Shown here: positions 1 through 15,643 of the stretch, in pieces
Numbering within the stretch: the stretch's first letter is position 1
How the letters are laid out: each line of letters opens with the position of its first letter
Assembly: GCA_033442325.1 (NCBI GenBank)
Contig: JAWQFM010000013.1
Coordinates: 714,885-778,884 of the forward strand
Reading direction: 5' to 3'
Length of the DNA: 64,000 nucleotides
Origin: Salpingoeca rosetta
Lineage: Eukaryota; Protista; Choanoflagellata
Notes under the pieces: generated by a model
What the model was told of the DNA's origin: nothing
Seen by the model: only the letters and a program-made list of their open reading frames with translations
Databases searched by the model: none
Made by a program: the position numbers and the translations under genes

Positions 1-64
<64 letters not shown>

Positions 65-155
65 TGTGTGTGGTGTGTGTGTGTGTGGTGTGTGTTGTGC
101 GTTGACTCGGCTGACCTCCTTGTGCATTTCATTTCCCGGTTGTTGTCTGGGACAG

Positions 156-863
156 GAAAAAGTACAACAAGCCGATTCCGTTTGTGGAGCCGCCCCACTG
201 CGACCTCAGAGGTGGACAGTTGTGTGCTGCTTGTGGTTGTGGTTCAGACTGCCATTGTTGTCTCTCACTCACGCGCCACTCACCCTGCACTCTTCACACA
301 CTGGCATTCACATAGCCAACGCGAGCGAGGATGCTGACGACTGCGACGGCGATGACACGAACGGCGACAGCGGCGAGTTCGAAACGCCGCCCTCATCCAT
401 GCCGGCATCGCACGAACAATCGCAACCAACCGAGGACACCTCCAACATTTCATCATCACCATCGTCACCGCCATCTTCATCATCGCCGTCGTCGTCCAAG
501 GATTCGCGACAGCAGAGGGCGCAGCAAACAAAGGCATCAGCACCATCCCCGTCACAATCGTCATCAGGTGCAACGCACACGCGCGGTCCACTGCACTCCG
601 TCTCCTCCCCCGCCGTCGCGCCCATGGCAACAGCACGATCATCATCGTCGACACACGCGCACAAGCACACGCGCGAGCGACAGGCCGCCTCCACCAACAC
701 AACAGCAAGGGCGCCAAGATCATCAACTCCGCCATCATCATCGTCGTTGTCCTCTTCGCTGTCATCATCATCGCGTGCGCACCATCATCGCCACCATCGT
801 CGCAGTGCTCGGGAGAGCAGCAGTGCGCTGGGGCCGCCGCTCGGCCACCTCGCCTTTGTATAG
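156..863 (+). CDS. 3' end of a spliced gene with a Ser/Thr-rich low-complexity C-terminus, function unknown
   Basis: Exon ~156-211 (KKYNKPIPFVEPPHCDLR) is bounded by AG/GT and splices in frame to ~318-863 (ANASEDADD...LGHLAFV*). Upstream exons lie outside the window. Confidence 0.5.
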   Translation, partial: EKVQQADSVCGAAPLRPQRWTVVCCLWLWFRLPLLSLTHAPLTLHSSHTGIHIANASEDADDCDGDDTNGDSGEFETPPSSMPASHEQSQPTEDTSNISSSPSSPPSSSSPSSSKDSRQQRAQQTKASAPSPSQSSSGATHTRGPLHSVSSPAVAPMATARSSSSTHAHKHTRERQAASTNTTARAPRSSTPPSSSSLSSSLSSSSRAHHHRHHRRSARESSSALGPPLGHLAFV

Positions 864-1594
864 ACACGTGCATGTGTGTGCATGTGTGTGTGTGTGTGTG
901 CATGTGTGTGCATGTGTGTATGCATGTGTGTGTGCATGTGTGTGTGTGTGTGTGTGAAAGAACGGGTGGTGTTTCTTTTCTTGGTTTTTTCCGCCTAACT
1001 TGTGCACTATGCTCGCTTTCTCTTTCCCTTTGGCCAGTTCAACTGTTGTCTTAATCATCCAACGACGGCTTTCGCTGCTTTGGCTGCGTTCTGTCCCCCA
1101 CCCCCTCTTCTTGCTTCCCTTCCCCATGCTTCTTGTCTTCCCGAAATAGGATTGTTGTCCTCACTGCAGTGTTTACTGCTGGGCATGTGCACACAATGAA
1201 TCGGTGCAAGCGGGGCATGCGGCACAATACGTACAGTTGAGGTGGGTCAATGCACCACGAACCACCATCACAACGACAAGCTAAAATCACCGCCAGCACG
1301 CACGCGATGCCAACACGTCAGCAAGCACATCGGCGAACACACGACCAACCACTTTCATACGCAAGCCGCCGCTGTCAGAACTTCCATAACTGTCACCATG
1401 ACAAACCCCATATCGCCCACACCAGCCACCACCAGCACCAGCACCACCAGCCACCAAGCAACCAAGCTTCCATCACTTGCACCACCACCACCACCATCCA
1501 CCAATCTTCCATGCCTTCCATGCCTTCCATCACTTGCATCACTTTCATAGCTTGCATCACTTGCATCACCGCCATCACTGCAAACCCAGCGGCG

Positions 1595-4125
<2,531 letters not shown>

Positions 4126-4703
4126 GGTCGGTGGTGGTGGTCGGTGGTGGGTGGGATGGCGCGCGCTTGTGGCAGTTGTGGCAGTTGTGGGCTCGGGCTG
4201 AACGTGCGCAGGTGGCAAAAGGGCAAGTTTGACGTTGACGATGAGGCAAAAGGCAAGTTTGCTGTTGCCTGGAAGTGTACTAGGAGTAGGACTGTAGGAC
4301 AGAGCAGGATGGTGGGAGGGTGGTAGGAGCAGGAGAAGGACAGGTCTTCTGCGGGCAACACTGCAACAGGTGTCGCAGAGAACAGAAGAACAGCCAAAGA
4401 GCAACAGTGAAAGAACTCTATGCAACGAGTTGCTTTGTGAACGAGTGGGAAGTCAACGAAAGAACGAAAGACGAGGCACGGGGTATGATGAAAGGAAGTT
4501 GGGTGCTGTCAGAACGCATGAACAACAACACAAGAGGGAAGGATAGAGGCGCCACTGAAGTGAACTGACACCTTGACACGGGGAAAGAACACAAAGAGCT
4601 AGGGAGCAACGCGCCCAATGTGAGGGGGCAACACAAAGAGCACGGGGAACTTGGAGTGCTTGCAACGCGTTTCGATGCGGCAGGACGGGACGGGCTGACA
4701 GGA

Positions 4704-5721
4704 TCAAGGGGTTGAAGAGCTTGGCTGGCTCGCAGGAGTGTCATCTTCAAACACAAGAATGCCACGCACGAGGACGCAGGACGGGTCGTTGATTACAATC
4801 TCGGCGGCCGTGCGCTTGCTGGCCCACTTGGACGACTTGAGAGGTTTGGCGTGAAGGATGTTGCCGGTGCTAAAGTTCACCACGGCGACATGAGCGTCAT
4901 GGGTGCGAACGAGCGGCTTGCCGTTGAAGGACGTGTTCAGCACTGGGTATGGGTTGCCATACTGCACGTCGCACACAAGCACGACCCGCAACTGCTTGCC
5001 TGCAGGCAAGTTCAGGTTTCGCAGCACATCCGGCACATCATGGCACGCGCGACTGTACTCAAGGGCGCAATCGAGGTCTGGCGTGAAGTAGAAGCCAGCG
5101 CCGTACCAGCCGGCATCAAGCTTCTGCAGCTGTGCGAAATCGCCGCCCAAGATGCTCATGGCCACCGCAAAGGACGGCACGCCGTGGAACACGCGCTGCA
5201 GGCGAAGACGCACATCAGGCTGCATCATGAACTGATCCAACAACTTGTACGGTGGCGCGCTAGCGGTAGCAGCAGTTGTGGGTGGTGGATGCAGGGTGAC
5301 GCGAGCAAGGACGGCTGACTTCTCGGCATTGACGGGGATACCACTTGGGAGTAGCTTGCCGTCTTCGCCCATCTGAAGTGCGTACTTGGGGTGGAACGGG
5401 TGGTTGGCGCTGCTCATGTGGCCACGATAACGGGTTTGGTTGCGGTGCACAGCGCCGTTGAAGGCAGCATTCTTCTGGCTGCACTGCACAACAGCGACGC
5501 CAACAACGGTCTTGCCAAAGGGCTGCAGAGGATTGGCTGTCGCCTCATCGCTCGAGCGGCCACCAGCTTCCGTGATCATCTGTCGCGTGTTCAGCGGCGT
5601 GGGAGACAAAACAAGAGTGGGTGACAGTTGGGTGTGAGCATTCGTGAAATGACGTGGCAGACGCGTCATAGCAACCCATTACTTCACAACCACAAGATTA
5701 CACACAGACGCACAAGCACAG

Positions 5722-5797
<76 letters not shown>

Positions 5798-8694
5798 GCG
5801 ATCTCACCTGTTTGACGATGGCGATGGCCGTGTCGTGTGCAGCGCCAACAGCAGCAATGCGCACTGACGCGCGTGTTGGATGAGTCACAAAGAGGGACCG
5901 AAGTGGATCCAAGTCCTTCGGCTGCCACTTCCACACAGCATCGGCAGGGCCGTGCAGCAGCCTGTGTTGCTTCGCCATGTCGACAGCCTGTTGGTCACGT
6001 ACGGCGACATACTGGTCCTGCAGCGTACCTTGAAGCTGTACAAAAGATGGCCGGTTGCCGCCCACATCGAAGCACTGACCAAGCACCTGCTGCACCGCAT
6101 GGCTCAGCCTGCGACCGTTGATCTCAGCGTTGAGTGGAAGGTATTCGCCCTTGTCATACGCGTTGGCAATGACAATCAGAGACGCACCACTTGCGGAGGC
6201 ATAATTACCGTGGTGCCATGGCTTGGTGTTGAACAACAGCTCCCACAACAGAACGGCGAAAGAGAACACGTCCGTGTCCATGCGGAGTTCCTGCCCAAGT
6301 AGCTGCTCGGGTGACGCCCACAGCGGTGTGCCACCTCCATGTGTCAGCACGGACTTGTCTGTTGGCTTGAAGGTGCTCATGCCAAAGTCCGTCACCTTGG
6401 CGGACAGGGATGCATCCAGCAGCACGTTTGGCGATTTGAGGTCGCGGTGCACGACGTTGTGGGCGTGGAGGAACGCCATGGCACAGGCCACCTCAAACGC
6501 AATGCGATGGCGTGTTGCCTCGTCGAGCTGCTTCTTCACCACGTGCAAGACATCATACAGGGAGCCGTTCTCCGCCCAGCTCAGCACAAAGGCCAGCGTG
6601 TGGCTTTGCTCATCGTGGGTGAGGCCAAGGAAGTGCACGATGTTGGGATGGCGAAGAGAGAGCAGGATGCGCGCCTCGCGAAGTATTCGCTTCAAGTGAT
6701 CTGAAAAGTCCTGCGAGCCGTCGACGCTAGACAAGATGTCAGTGACACGCGGGCGCTCTGTCACTTCGGTGAGCTGCTTCAGGGCCACAGGATGGTCAGC
6801 CAGCTCTGCCTTGTAGAGGGCACCAAATGCGCCACGAACCGGATTTCCTCCAACGTCTTTGTGAGGTTTCTTGTTCGTGAACCGAGACGATGGAATGTTC
6901 AAATTGAACACTTCCTCTGAGGGCACAACAGATGACAAACGAGCAAACGAACAAGCAAGCGAACAAAGCAAGTACACGTGTGAGTAGTACATAGCTGACC
7001 CAGGTGTGTGCTGGTTGCAGGTCAATTGCGTCGTTCATTCATACACGACAGGTACGACAGGCGAGTACATTTACCTAATTGCAATGCCCATCGCCGCTCA
7101 CATTCACGAGAATGTTTGCCCTTCAACTCCGTCATGGCCTTCTCTGTTGTGATTTGAGTCAAGCAAGAGGGAGCAAGCGCGAATGAGGCGTCAAGCATCG
7201 CACGTGGAGGAACCAAGCCCGTCAATTCAACATGCACGTTTGCTTTTGTGCATATCGAGCTGGTTACAATCCTTGTTTTCACGGTCTTCTCTCTTACTAT
7301 TGTCTTCGAGTCGTGCCGCTTTCCGATCAAGCTCATTCTCTGTCGAGACACGCAAGTGGCTCAGTGATTAGCTGTGACTACATCATCCATCGTCAACTCT
7401 AATTCAACCTCCGTCATGCAAGACAAGGCATTTACACCGCGCAACACGTACTCAGATCTTTGGTCGCCTTTGTCAATCGCTTGAAGATGCCGTTCACCTT
7501 TTTCACCCCACTGCCAGTGAACAGGCTCATGCACGATTGTGAGCACAGAAGCTTCACACCCCTGCATACCCCTGCACTATCAGACCAAGGTGCATGGGAA
7601 GACCCAAATCCCTTCTTGCATGCCCTGCACAGGACTTACAACTTGACGGCGACGTGGCGCTCCAACGTGATGACTGTGGCGGCTATGAGTTTGGCTTGCT
7701 TCTCCTGTAGAGGCACAGCCGTGAGGCTGGAAAAGACACGGGGTGCGTGTCATAGCAGGTGCGGCTCAAAGGTAACCCCGAAATTACACACACATACGCA
7801 AGCACGCGCACACACACACACATATACGCAAGCACACACCCAGACACACACACATGCACACGCACACACACCCAGACACACACACACACACACACGAACA
7901 CAAACACGAAGAAACAGAACAACAGGCGATGCAGGGTTCTTACTCGACTTCAGTGATGGTTCTATCAGCTTCCAGAGCGAGCGCAATCGCCTCTGCGTAT
8001 TGATCAAGATACGCGCTTGAGAAAAGTTCGTCCACCGGAAGGAAGAGGTTAAGGAAGGTCAGGGACCATGTGTTTGCCTTCTCAAAACTTCGTCTAAGCA
8101 AAACAACAAAACAATACAAATGTACAACGCGCACAGCATGGAGATGAGCGGACGAACAGAGTTTGACAACACAACCCCACGCAGCGCCGTCTGCGCACTC
8201 TTTCACATACTCTTGATCCGTCGCATCTATCTCATGTGTGCGCCACTTACGCTTTGAGTTGGCTGGAACTGGCGCGAAAGGAGAAGCGTAGGGGGAGTAA
8301 AGCAGTTAAAACGCGGTGGGTGAGCCACAAAATCAAAGAGAACACCAGATCGAAACAGCACAATTGCTGCAACAGAGTTTGCTTGACGACTGACTGACCT
8401 CTCGCTGTCAGGTTGTTTGTCGACAATGCTTTGGAGATGCGACTTTGATCCCGGCGCCAACCAGTTCATGGAGTTGAGCAGCTCTTTAAGTTGTTTGCGT
8501 GCAGTGTCACACTGAGCACTCTGCGCATCTTCCTCTTGATTGGGGGTCTCTGTACCGTGTGTTTCGTGGCTCAATGAAGTGTGGATGACCGAAGCAGCAG
8601 CGTCGATGTTTGTGGTTGCCACACTTGCACCTCCCTGAATGTCGCTTGATGTGATGATGCTTTGTTCATCCCCAAGCGTTCCCAGCGTGCTCAT
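4704..8694 (-). CDS. TKL-type Ser/Thr protein kinase with a C-terminal PARP-like (ARTD) ADP-ribosyltransferase domain; multi-exon N-terminus, possibly degenerate RI-like LRR
   Basis: Kinase exon ~6916-5808: GAFGALY, VALK, REA, HRDLKSPN, DFG, GTPLWASPE, DVFSF. An intron at 5807-5580 (CAG|GTGAG...ACAG|ATG) joins it in frame to exon 5579-4704: FHG, YGAGFYFT, ALEYS, VLVCDV, AEIVI. Upstream GT/AG-bounded exons run back to the ATG at 8694; the 5' model is less certain. Confidence 0.8.
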
Positions 8695-9302
8695 GGTCGC
8701 GGATAAGCCAAGTCAGGAAGAAGATCCCGAGAACAAAGCCGACTGCAAGAGTGTTCGACACACAGAGAGCAGAGGACGAGACGACAAACAAAGTCGATGG
8801 TGGAAGAATGGATGTGAGAACAGCAGACAGGTCGTGTGCTTCGTTGGCATCAATGAATCAGCCAACACGACAAGAACAAAATGCGTCGTTGGTTGGCGAT
8901 GGCGCCATGGGAATTCTTTGGTCGCAGACGCTCAACGCACGACGTCTAATGCTGCTCTGCTCTTCGCGTGAGCAAGCATCACACGAGAATACTTTTCTCA
9001 ACAAGAGAAAAGACTCGTCAAATTTGGTAGGAGTTCCCATTTCCGATCGTACAAGTTTCCTTCTGTGGTGGTGGAGTTTCCCGCTTTGTGTTGGGTTGCG
9101 AAGTTTCGGCATGGGAAAAAGCGACAAGTGAAGAGGGAAAAAACAAACAAACCTGCTGTTACACTTCCACTCCTCCAACAATCAGTGAACGCTCCGTTTT
9201 TCTTCGTGCGCCATCTCGCATCTGCGAAGACACTTGTGTCATGTCATTTCACCACAGTCAGACAACCACACACCCAATACGATACGCGTGCGACGAACCA
9301 AA

Positions 9303-12300
9303 ATGGCGCAGTGCTGGATGCTTATCGCTGTGGTTTGCGCGGCAGCGCTTGTCCTCCAACCACTGGTGAAGACTGCAAGCGCTCTACCCATCACACAGGA
9401 ACGCCAAGACTTCGAAGCGAGGAAGGTACGTCAAGATGCCAAGCTTTTTCTGACTCCAGAGCAATGACACGACGATGTCTTTAGGCGGCGTGACCCAGTG
9501 ACTCAGCGACCATTTTGCTTGCTGTGTCTTCGTGTCTGTATCTGTGTGTTTGTGAGTGTGTCTGCGTGCGTGTGCGCATGTTTTCATGCGTATGTGCGCG
9601 TGTGTATGTGTGCACGTGCACGTAGATGTGATTGTGTGCGTGTGTATGCGCGTTCACGTTCGTTTTGCATACATTGTCTTTCTCCATAGCGTTGATATCG
9701 TTGTCAGAGATGACACAACACCACGACTTCAAAATGACACTCATCTCATGATCTTCTTTTGTCTTCTGCGTGTTTGGTCTTTGCACCTTTGCAGGAACAC
9801 CTCTGTCGCGATGCGGCAAAAGGCCTGGAAACCATTCCCACGTTGCTGAACTCCTATTCTGAGGACTTTGCACTGAAAGAAGGCGAGACTGGTGCCACAA
9901 GCGCCAGCTCCACAGACTTGAAGCGTGTATGGCAGCTGGTCAACAAAATGTGCATCGACACGCGTGCGATCAATGCCCCAAGAGAGGGTGTACTCAAAGC
10001 CTCAGGCTCAGAGCGCCAGGATGAAAGTGACTCAGCACGTGCAAGCCAAGCGCAGCACCATATGGCCAACGCCTTGCTCCCTCAAACCTACCCTCGCCAA
10101 GAGCGAGTGCGTCGGCAAAGTCGGCCCAAGTCGTCAATCCAACCCCCATTCTTCCCTTTGCTTCCACAGTCGACACACGTTGTGCCCCGACCACCGTCTC
10201 AATTGCACGCGACAAGGGACATGTGTGCTGCTCAGGGGACACCGGTGACTTGTTCTTTGGCCAACATTTTGCAGTGCAACTGCACAGCTACTTCTTCAAC
10301 GACATCGACCCTCATTGTGGTGTTCAGCTCCGGCAGCCCCCCTGTCCTCAATCCAAGCCAAGAATGTATTGCCACCACTTATCATATGCTTCAGCCGTGT
10401 GCGCTGCATATTCAGGGTGATGTGGACTCAACCAAACTGCAACCGTTTCTTGCAGCCACCAACTGGACATCAGTGAAGAGCCTCACTCTGCGTGGTCTTC
10501 GGTCCCCAACATTTGCCCTGCATTGGCTGCACACGACGCCCAGCGTGGTTGAGCTTGACATCAGCCACAACAGCGTGCAAACAGTGGATGTTTGCTTCTA
10601 CGACGGGTGCTTGTCGCAGCTCATCTCGCTCGACCTCTCACACAACCTGCTCACAGAAGTACCATCTCCACTCTTTGAAGTCGGCAAGACCATCACCTCG
10701 CTCGATTTGAGTCACAACTTTATCACAGTCTTTGAAGCTCGCACGCTCTTGGGCCTCCCCATTACTGAGCTGGATCTCTCTGACAACAAGATTTCCGTTA
10801 TCGCAAATTATTCCTTCGTGTATCCAGCCAAGGTACAGGTGCTGGACCTGCGATCCAACAATTTGAAGCATCTGGCACTCGAAGTGTTCTACAACTGCAC
10901 AAGTTTGACACACATCTACTTGGCAGACAACCTGTTGGACGAAATTGAGGGCGTTGAATTCCAGCCCCTTCAGCATCTTGAAGTGTTGGATGTGTCCAGC
11001 AACTATCTCACCGTTGTGAAGGAGGGGCTGGCAACCGCATCACTGCAGTCTCTGTACCTGCACGACAACATTATCACACAAGTTGACCGTGCCGCCTTCT
11101 CGCTGGGTACGCACCTCAAAAACTTGACACTCGATGGCAACCAGTTGCAGCATTTACCAGAGGGCGTTTTCGCTGCGTGCAGAAACCTTCAAGCGCTGTA
11201 CTTGCAACACAACCAACTGAAGTCCGTCACTCAGAACACGCTACAAGGTGGAGATTCGCTTACCGCACTGTATCTGAGCCACAATCACTTGACTGAAATC
11301 AAGGACCTCGGGCTAAGGAAACTAGCCACACTTGATGCATCGTTCAACCAACTCGACTACTTTTACCTTCATTCAAGCGCATTGCTCACTTCCCTGGATC
11401 TGAGCGACAACCCTTTGAGCGCGGTTCCCGATCTGACCCCGCTGACGCAACTTCAACTCTACGGACAGCGAGACCATTTCATGGCCATCATCGATCTCAG
11501 CGTGTTCGCGAACATGACGGGCCTGAGAGTGTTGGATATGGACGCTGCAATTGGAAGCACAAGTGCAGTCGTGTTTTCGCGACATCAGGCACCAGCGTGG
11601 AGTTTGTCTGATCTCGTGTTCTTTCACATGGCAAATGTCATATTTCCACACGAATGGCTACATGGCTCCAACGCCACCGCTAACTTGATCAGTCTGCACA
11701 TTGGCTGGCCTGGCCTGAACGAGACATTGCTGCCAAATCGCCAATTGTGCAGTCTCCTCGGCCCTGAGGCGACTGAGCTGGCGCTGGAGTCCACTTCGTA
11801 CACAACTCTGGAGCTCTGTGAGGGCGTGTCACTGAAAACGGTGTTTTTGATGAACAACTCTGCCATTGAGCACGTGTTTGTGCATGGCTCTCCCAACCTC
11901 GTGAACGTGTCTGGCTGTTCTTCTTTGGCCGAGATGTCCGTGCCAGAGGTTCCCGTGCTTGATATCAGTGACACCAAGATTCCACCACATGAGGCCCTGT
12001 GTGATACACAAGGCTCGACTATTCTCATCGCGCGCAACTGGAGTCATCCACGCCTCGGCCAGAATAGCGACACCAAAGCCCTCATCACCCGCTGTTTGGA
12101 GGCTGTGAATGTGTTCGATTTGTCGGACAATCAATGGCTTGCCTCCCTCGACCTCGTTGAGGCTGCCGCGCGAACAGTCATCTTCAGCACAGACCCAACT
12201 CTTTCTCCCGACGGGCGGTATCAGCCATCAAGAATCGCACCACAAGTGTTCTTGACACAGCACACGCTTGTGGAATGTGAACTCAACTTTGACGACCCAT

Positions 12301-12569
12301 ACATTGCCACTGACGAGAGCGTCATCAGCCGACGTCTGGGCTACAACTTCCAGTGTGATTGCGTTTTCGGGTCTGTGCAGGGTGGACAGTGCTTGCAAAG
12401 CGCACACTCCAGCTCACATGCTCGAAAGGTTCAAGCAAAGCTGCTTGCGGCCGTGTTCTTTGGTGGGGTAGCCACCACAATTGTCTGCTTTTTCGTCGGG
12501 TTCAGGTACTTGGGACGACGGACGGCATTCCCATTCACGCGTCAGCAGAACAATTACACTACTGTGTAA
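9303..12569 (+). CDS. Single-pass leucine-rich-repeat receptor (signal peptide, LRR ectodomain, Cys-rich cap, TM, 17-20 aa tail)
   Basis: Exon 1 (9303-9425) encodes the signal peptide MAQCWMLIAVVCAAALVL. Exon 2 (9795-12569) has many LxxLxLxxNxL repeats, juxtamembrane Cys residues, TM LLAAVFFGGVATTIVCFFVGF and a tail ending NNYTTV*. Confidence 0.85.
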
Positions 12570-13344
12570 GCGCACCGATTCGGGATACGGCCCACCCCAG
12601 CCCTCAAGGTTGTTGTGATGGTCTCTTTCTGTTCTGTGGTGAGTGTGCACTCACAGGCTTCCTGTCATCCTCGTGTCCCCCCCCCCCTTTTTTTTTTTGG
12701 AGTTGAGTGAACGGCCTCTGCTTTTTGTTTCTGCGTCTTGTTCTGCGTTTTGTCTCGTCAGTTGGCGTCAGTCTGTCGGTGCTGGCCTTGTGCTTCTCCT
12801 CCCACTGTCCAAGTGTCGAACAATTCGTTTCGTTGACCTAAGTCAAGGCATGCTGGGTTGCCTTCCCCACTTCCCAATTCCCCTCCACTTAGACATCGAG
12901 CAGGCTCTTAAGCTCTGTCGCTTGTTGTGTTCTTCTTTTTCTTCTTGTTGTGCTCTGCCGCACTCTGCACGAGGATGTGTAGCTTGTACTTTTCTTCTTT
13001 TCTTTTCGTCGACGTTCAGACGTTCATCCTTTCATCAGCCCATGCTCCACTTTCTTGTTGCTTTCTTTGGGTGTCTGCAAGTAGAACAGCAAACCCCACC
13101 AACGCAAAGGGCATCCTGGAAACAGGAACCGGGAGGAAGGAACTAAGGAACTGAAGGAGCAAAGCAACAAGCGACACAGGTCTGCAGGCTGCCTACAGTC
13201 ACATCAGCACCAATTCAAGCGATCCCGAATTAATCGAACATGACAATTTGCAGCGCGGTCCTGCCAAACACAATCATTCTGACCTCATCCACAACAGCAC
13301 CACGCTGCTCATCCATCCATCTACCGCCCACATCACCCACCATT

Positions 13345-13992
13345 ATGTTCGCCCGAAGCGTTGACGAGGTGGAGGCTGTTGACTATGCGACCCTGTGTCC
13401 CAAGGACCCCACCAAGGAGGCCATCGATGGCTACGTTCAGGTGCTGCAGCAGCAGCTGCTTCTGCTGCCTGCCTGCTTGTGTGTGTATATGGTTTACTGT
13501 GTTTGACTTTCTGGACGTCATGCTGTTCCTCGTGTCTTCAGGCCCCTCTTGTTCTTCCCTCACCTCCTCCACCCTCTTTCTTCTCCTCTTCTGCTTCGTC
13601 CCAATCCCTCTTGCAACGTGCGTGCCATACATCTAGGGCTTCAAAGCAGCGCTGAAGGACAGGCCGGAGATTACAGACGAGTTTAGAGAAGAAGCCCGCG
13701 CACCCACCATTGCAACCATCATGCGGTGCGTATGTGTGTGTGCGTGTGCATGTGCATGTGTGTGTGCATATGCGTGCTGCATCCTTGTCGGACACCGCAG
13801 CAGTGCGTGTCCTCATTCCTCTCCTGTTTGTCGTTCTTTCATTCCTCCTTCCCTTGTGATCCAGGTTTGTTCGGGCGCGAAAGTATGACGTCGAGGCCGC
13901 TGTGCAGCAGTTTGTTGATGCGGAAGTATGGTATCATGAGAACGACGTCGCTTCGGCCCTGGACACTGATCCAGACGAGGAGGTGTGTGCGC

Positions 13993-14074
<82 letters not shown>

Positions 14075-14781
14075 TGTCTCTACTTTCGTCGACCTTTGGG
14101 CCATCGCCCAGTGTCGTCCCCCCCACCTCCACTTCGACCCCTTCCCTTCCACTTTCACCAAGCCTTGCGCCTCACACGCGCGCTCTCTCCAACAGGTGTA
14201 TCAAGCTTTCTGCCCTGTTGCCCCCGAAGGCTTTGACAAACACGGCAGGCCAATCTACTGGGAGCGCACGGGCGAGATTCGCTTGCCAAAGGTGTGTGCG
14301 TGCGTGTGTGTGCGTGTGTGTGTGTGTGTGCGTGTGTGTGTGTGTGTGCGTGAGTACATAGATCTGTGTGTATGCGTATGTGTGTGAGTACATAGGTCTC
14401 TGTGTATGTATCCCTGTGTGTGCATTTGTCAGCCTGTGTGCGCGCGTGTGCTTGTGTTGCGTTTCCTCACTTCCTCATTTCACCGAGCTCCTTTGAGACC
14501 CTGAACTTGCTTCAATTCACGCCGGTTCACCTCCTCTTCCCAATTGGCGCCAAATGCCGCACGCTGCAGGTGCTGAAGCTGTTGACAGAGGAGAAGCTTG
14601 TTCGCCGCCACGTCCGACAGCAAGAAAACGCCGTCCGCCGTATGCAAGTGTGTGCCACACCATGTGTGTGTGTGTGTATGTGCATGTGTGTGTTTGTGTG
14701 CCCATGCATGTGTGTGTGTGTGTGTGTTTGTGTGCGAGCATTCCTTTCCACCCATCAACCTATGAACGCCATTCCACCGCT
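13345..14781 (+). CDS. SEC14/CRAL-TRIO lipid-binding protein (5' part; runs into gap)
   Basis: Spliced exons give TIMRFVRARKYDVEAAVQQF..W (CRAL-TRIO N), GFDKHGRPIYWERTG and LVRRHVRQQE. Confidence 0.8.
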
Positions 14782-15643
14782 NNNNNNNNNNNNNNNNNNN
14801 NNNNNNNNNNNNNNNNNNNNNNNNNNNNNNNNNNNNNNNNNNNNNNNNNNNNNNNNNNNNNNNNNNNNNNNNNNNNNNNNNNNNNNNNNNNNNNNNNNNN
14901 NNNNNNNNNNNNNNNNNNNNNNNNNNNNNNNNNNNNNNNNNNNNNNNNNNNNNNNNNNNNNNNNNNNNNNNNNNNNNNNNNNNNNNNNNNNNNNNNNNNN
15001 NNNNNNNNNNNNNNNNNNNNNNNNNNNNNNNNNNNNNNNNNNNNNNNNNNNNNNNNNNNNNNNNNNNNNNNNNNNNNNNNNNNNNNNNNNNNNNNNNNNN
15101 NNNNNNNNNNNNNNNNNNNNNNNNNNNNNNNNNNNNNNNNNNNNNNNNNNNNNNNNNNNNNNNNNNNNNNNNNNNNNNNNNNNNNNNNNNNNNNNNNNNN
15201 NNNNNNNNNNNNNNNNNNNNNNNNNNNNNNNNNNNNNNNNNNNNNNNNNNNNNNNNNNNNNNNNNNNNNNNNNNNNNNNNNNNNNNNNNNNNNNNNNNNN
15301 NNNNNNNNNNNNNNNNNNNNNNNNNNNNNNNNNNNNNNNNNNNNNNNNNNNNNNNNNNNNNNNNNNNNNNNNNNNNNNNNNNNNNNNNNNNNNNNNNNNN
15401 NNNNNNNNNNNNNNNNNNNNNNNNNNNNNNNNNNNNNNNNNNNNNNNNNNNNNNNNNNNNNNNNNNNNNNNNNNNNNNNNNNNNNNNNNNNNNNNNNNNN
15501 NNNNNNNNNNNNNNNNNNNNNNNNNNNNNNNNNNNNNNNNNNNNNNNNNNNNNNNNNNNNNNNNNNNNNNNNNNNNNNNNNNNNNNNNNNNNNNNNNNNN
15601 NNNNNNNNNNNNNNNNNNNNNNNNNNNNNNNNNNNNNNNNNNN
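14782..15643. other. Assembly gap
   Basis: Run of N. Confidence 1.

Noticed and set aside
5679-7025. Kinase as a tyrosine kinase partnering the SH2 receptors
   Set aside because: The catalytic loop HRDLKSPN and GTPLW are Ser/Thr (TKL) type, not HRDLAARN.
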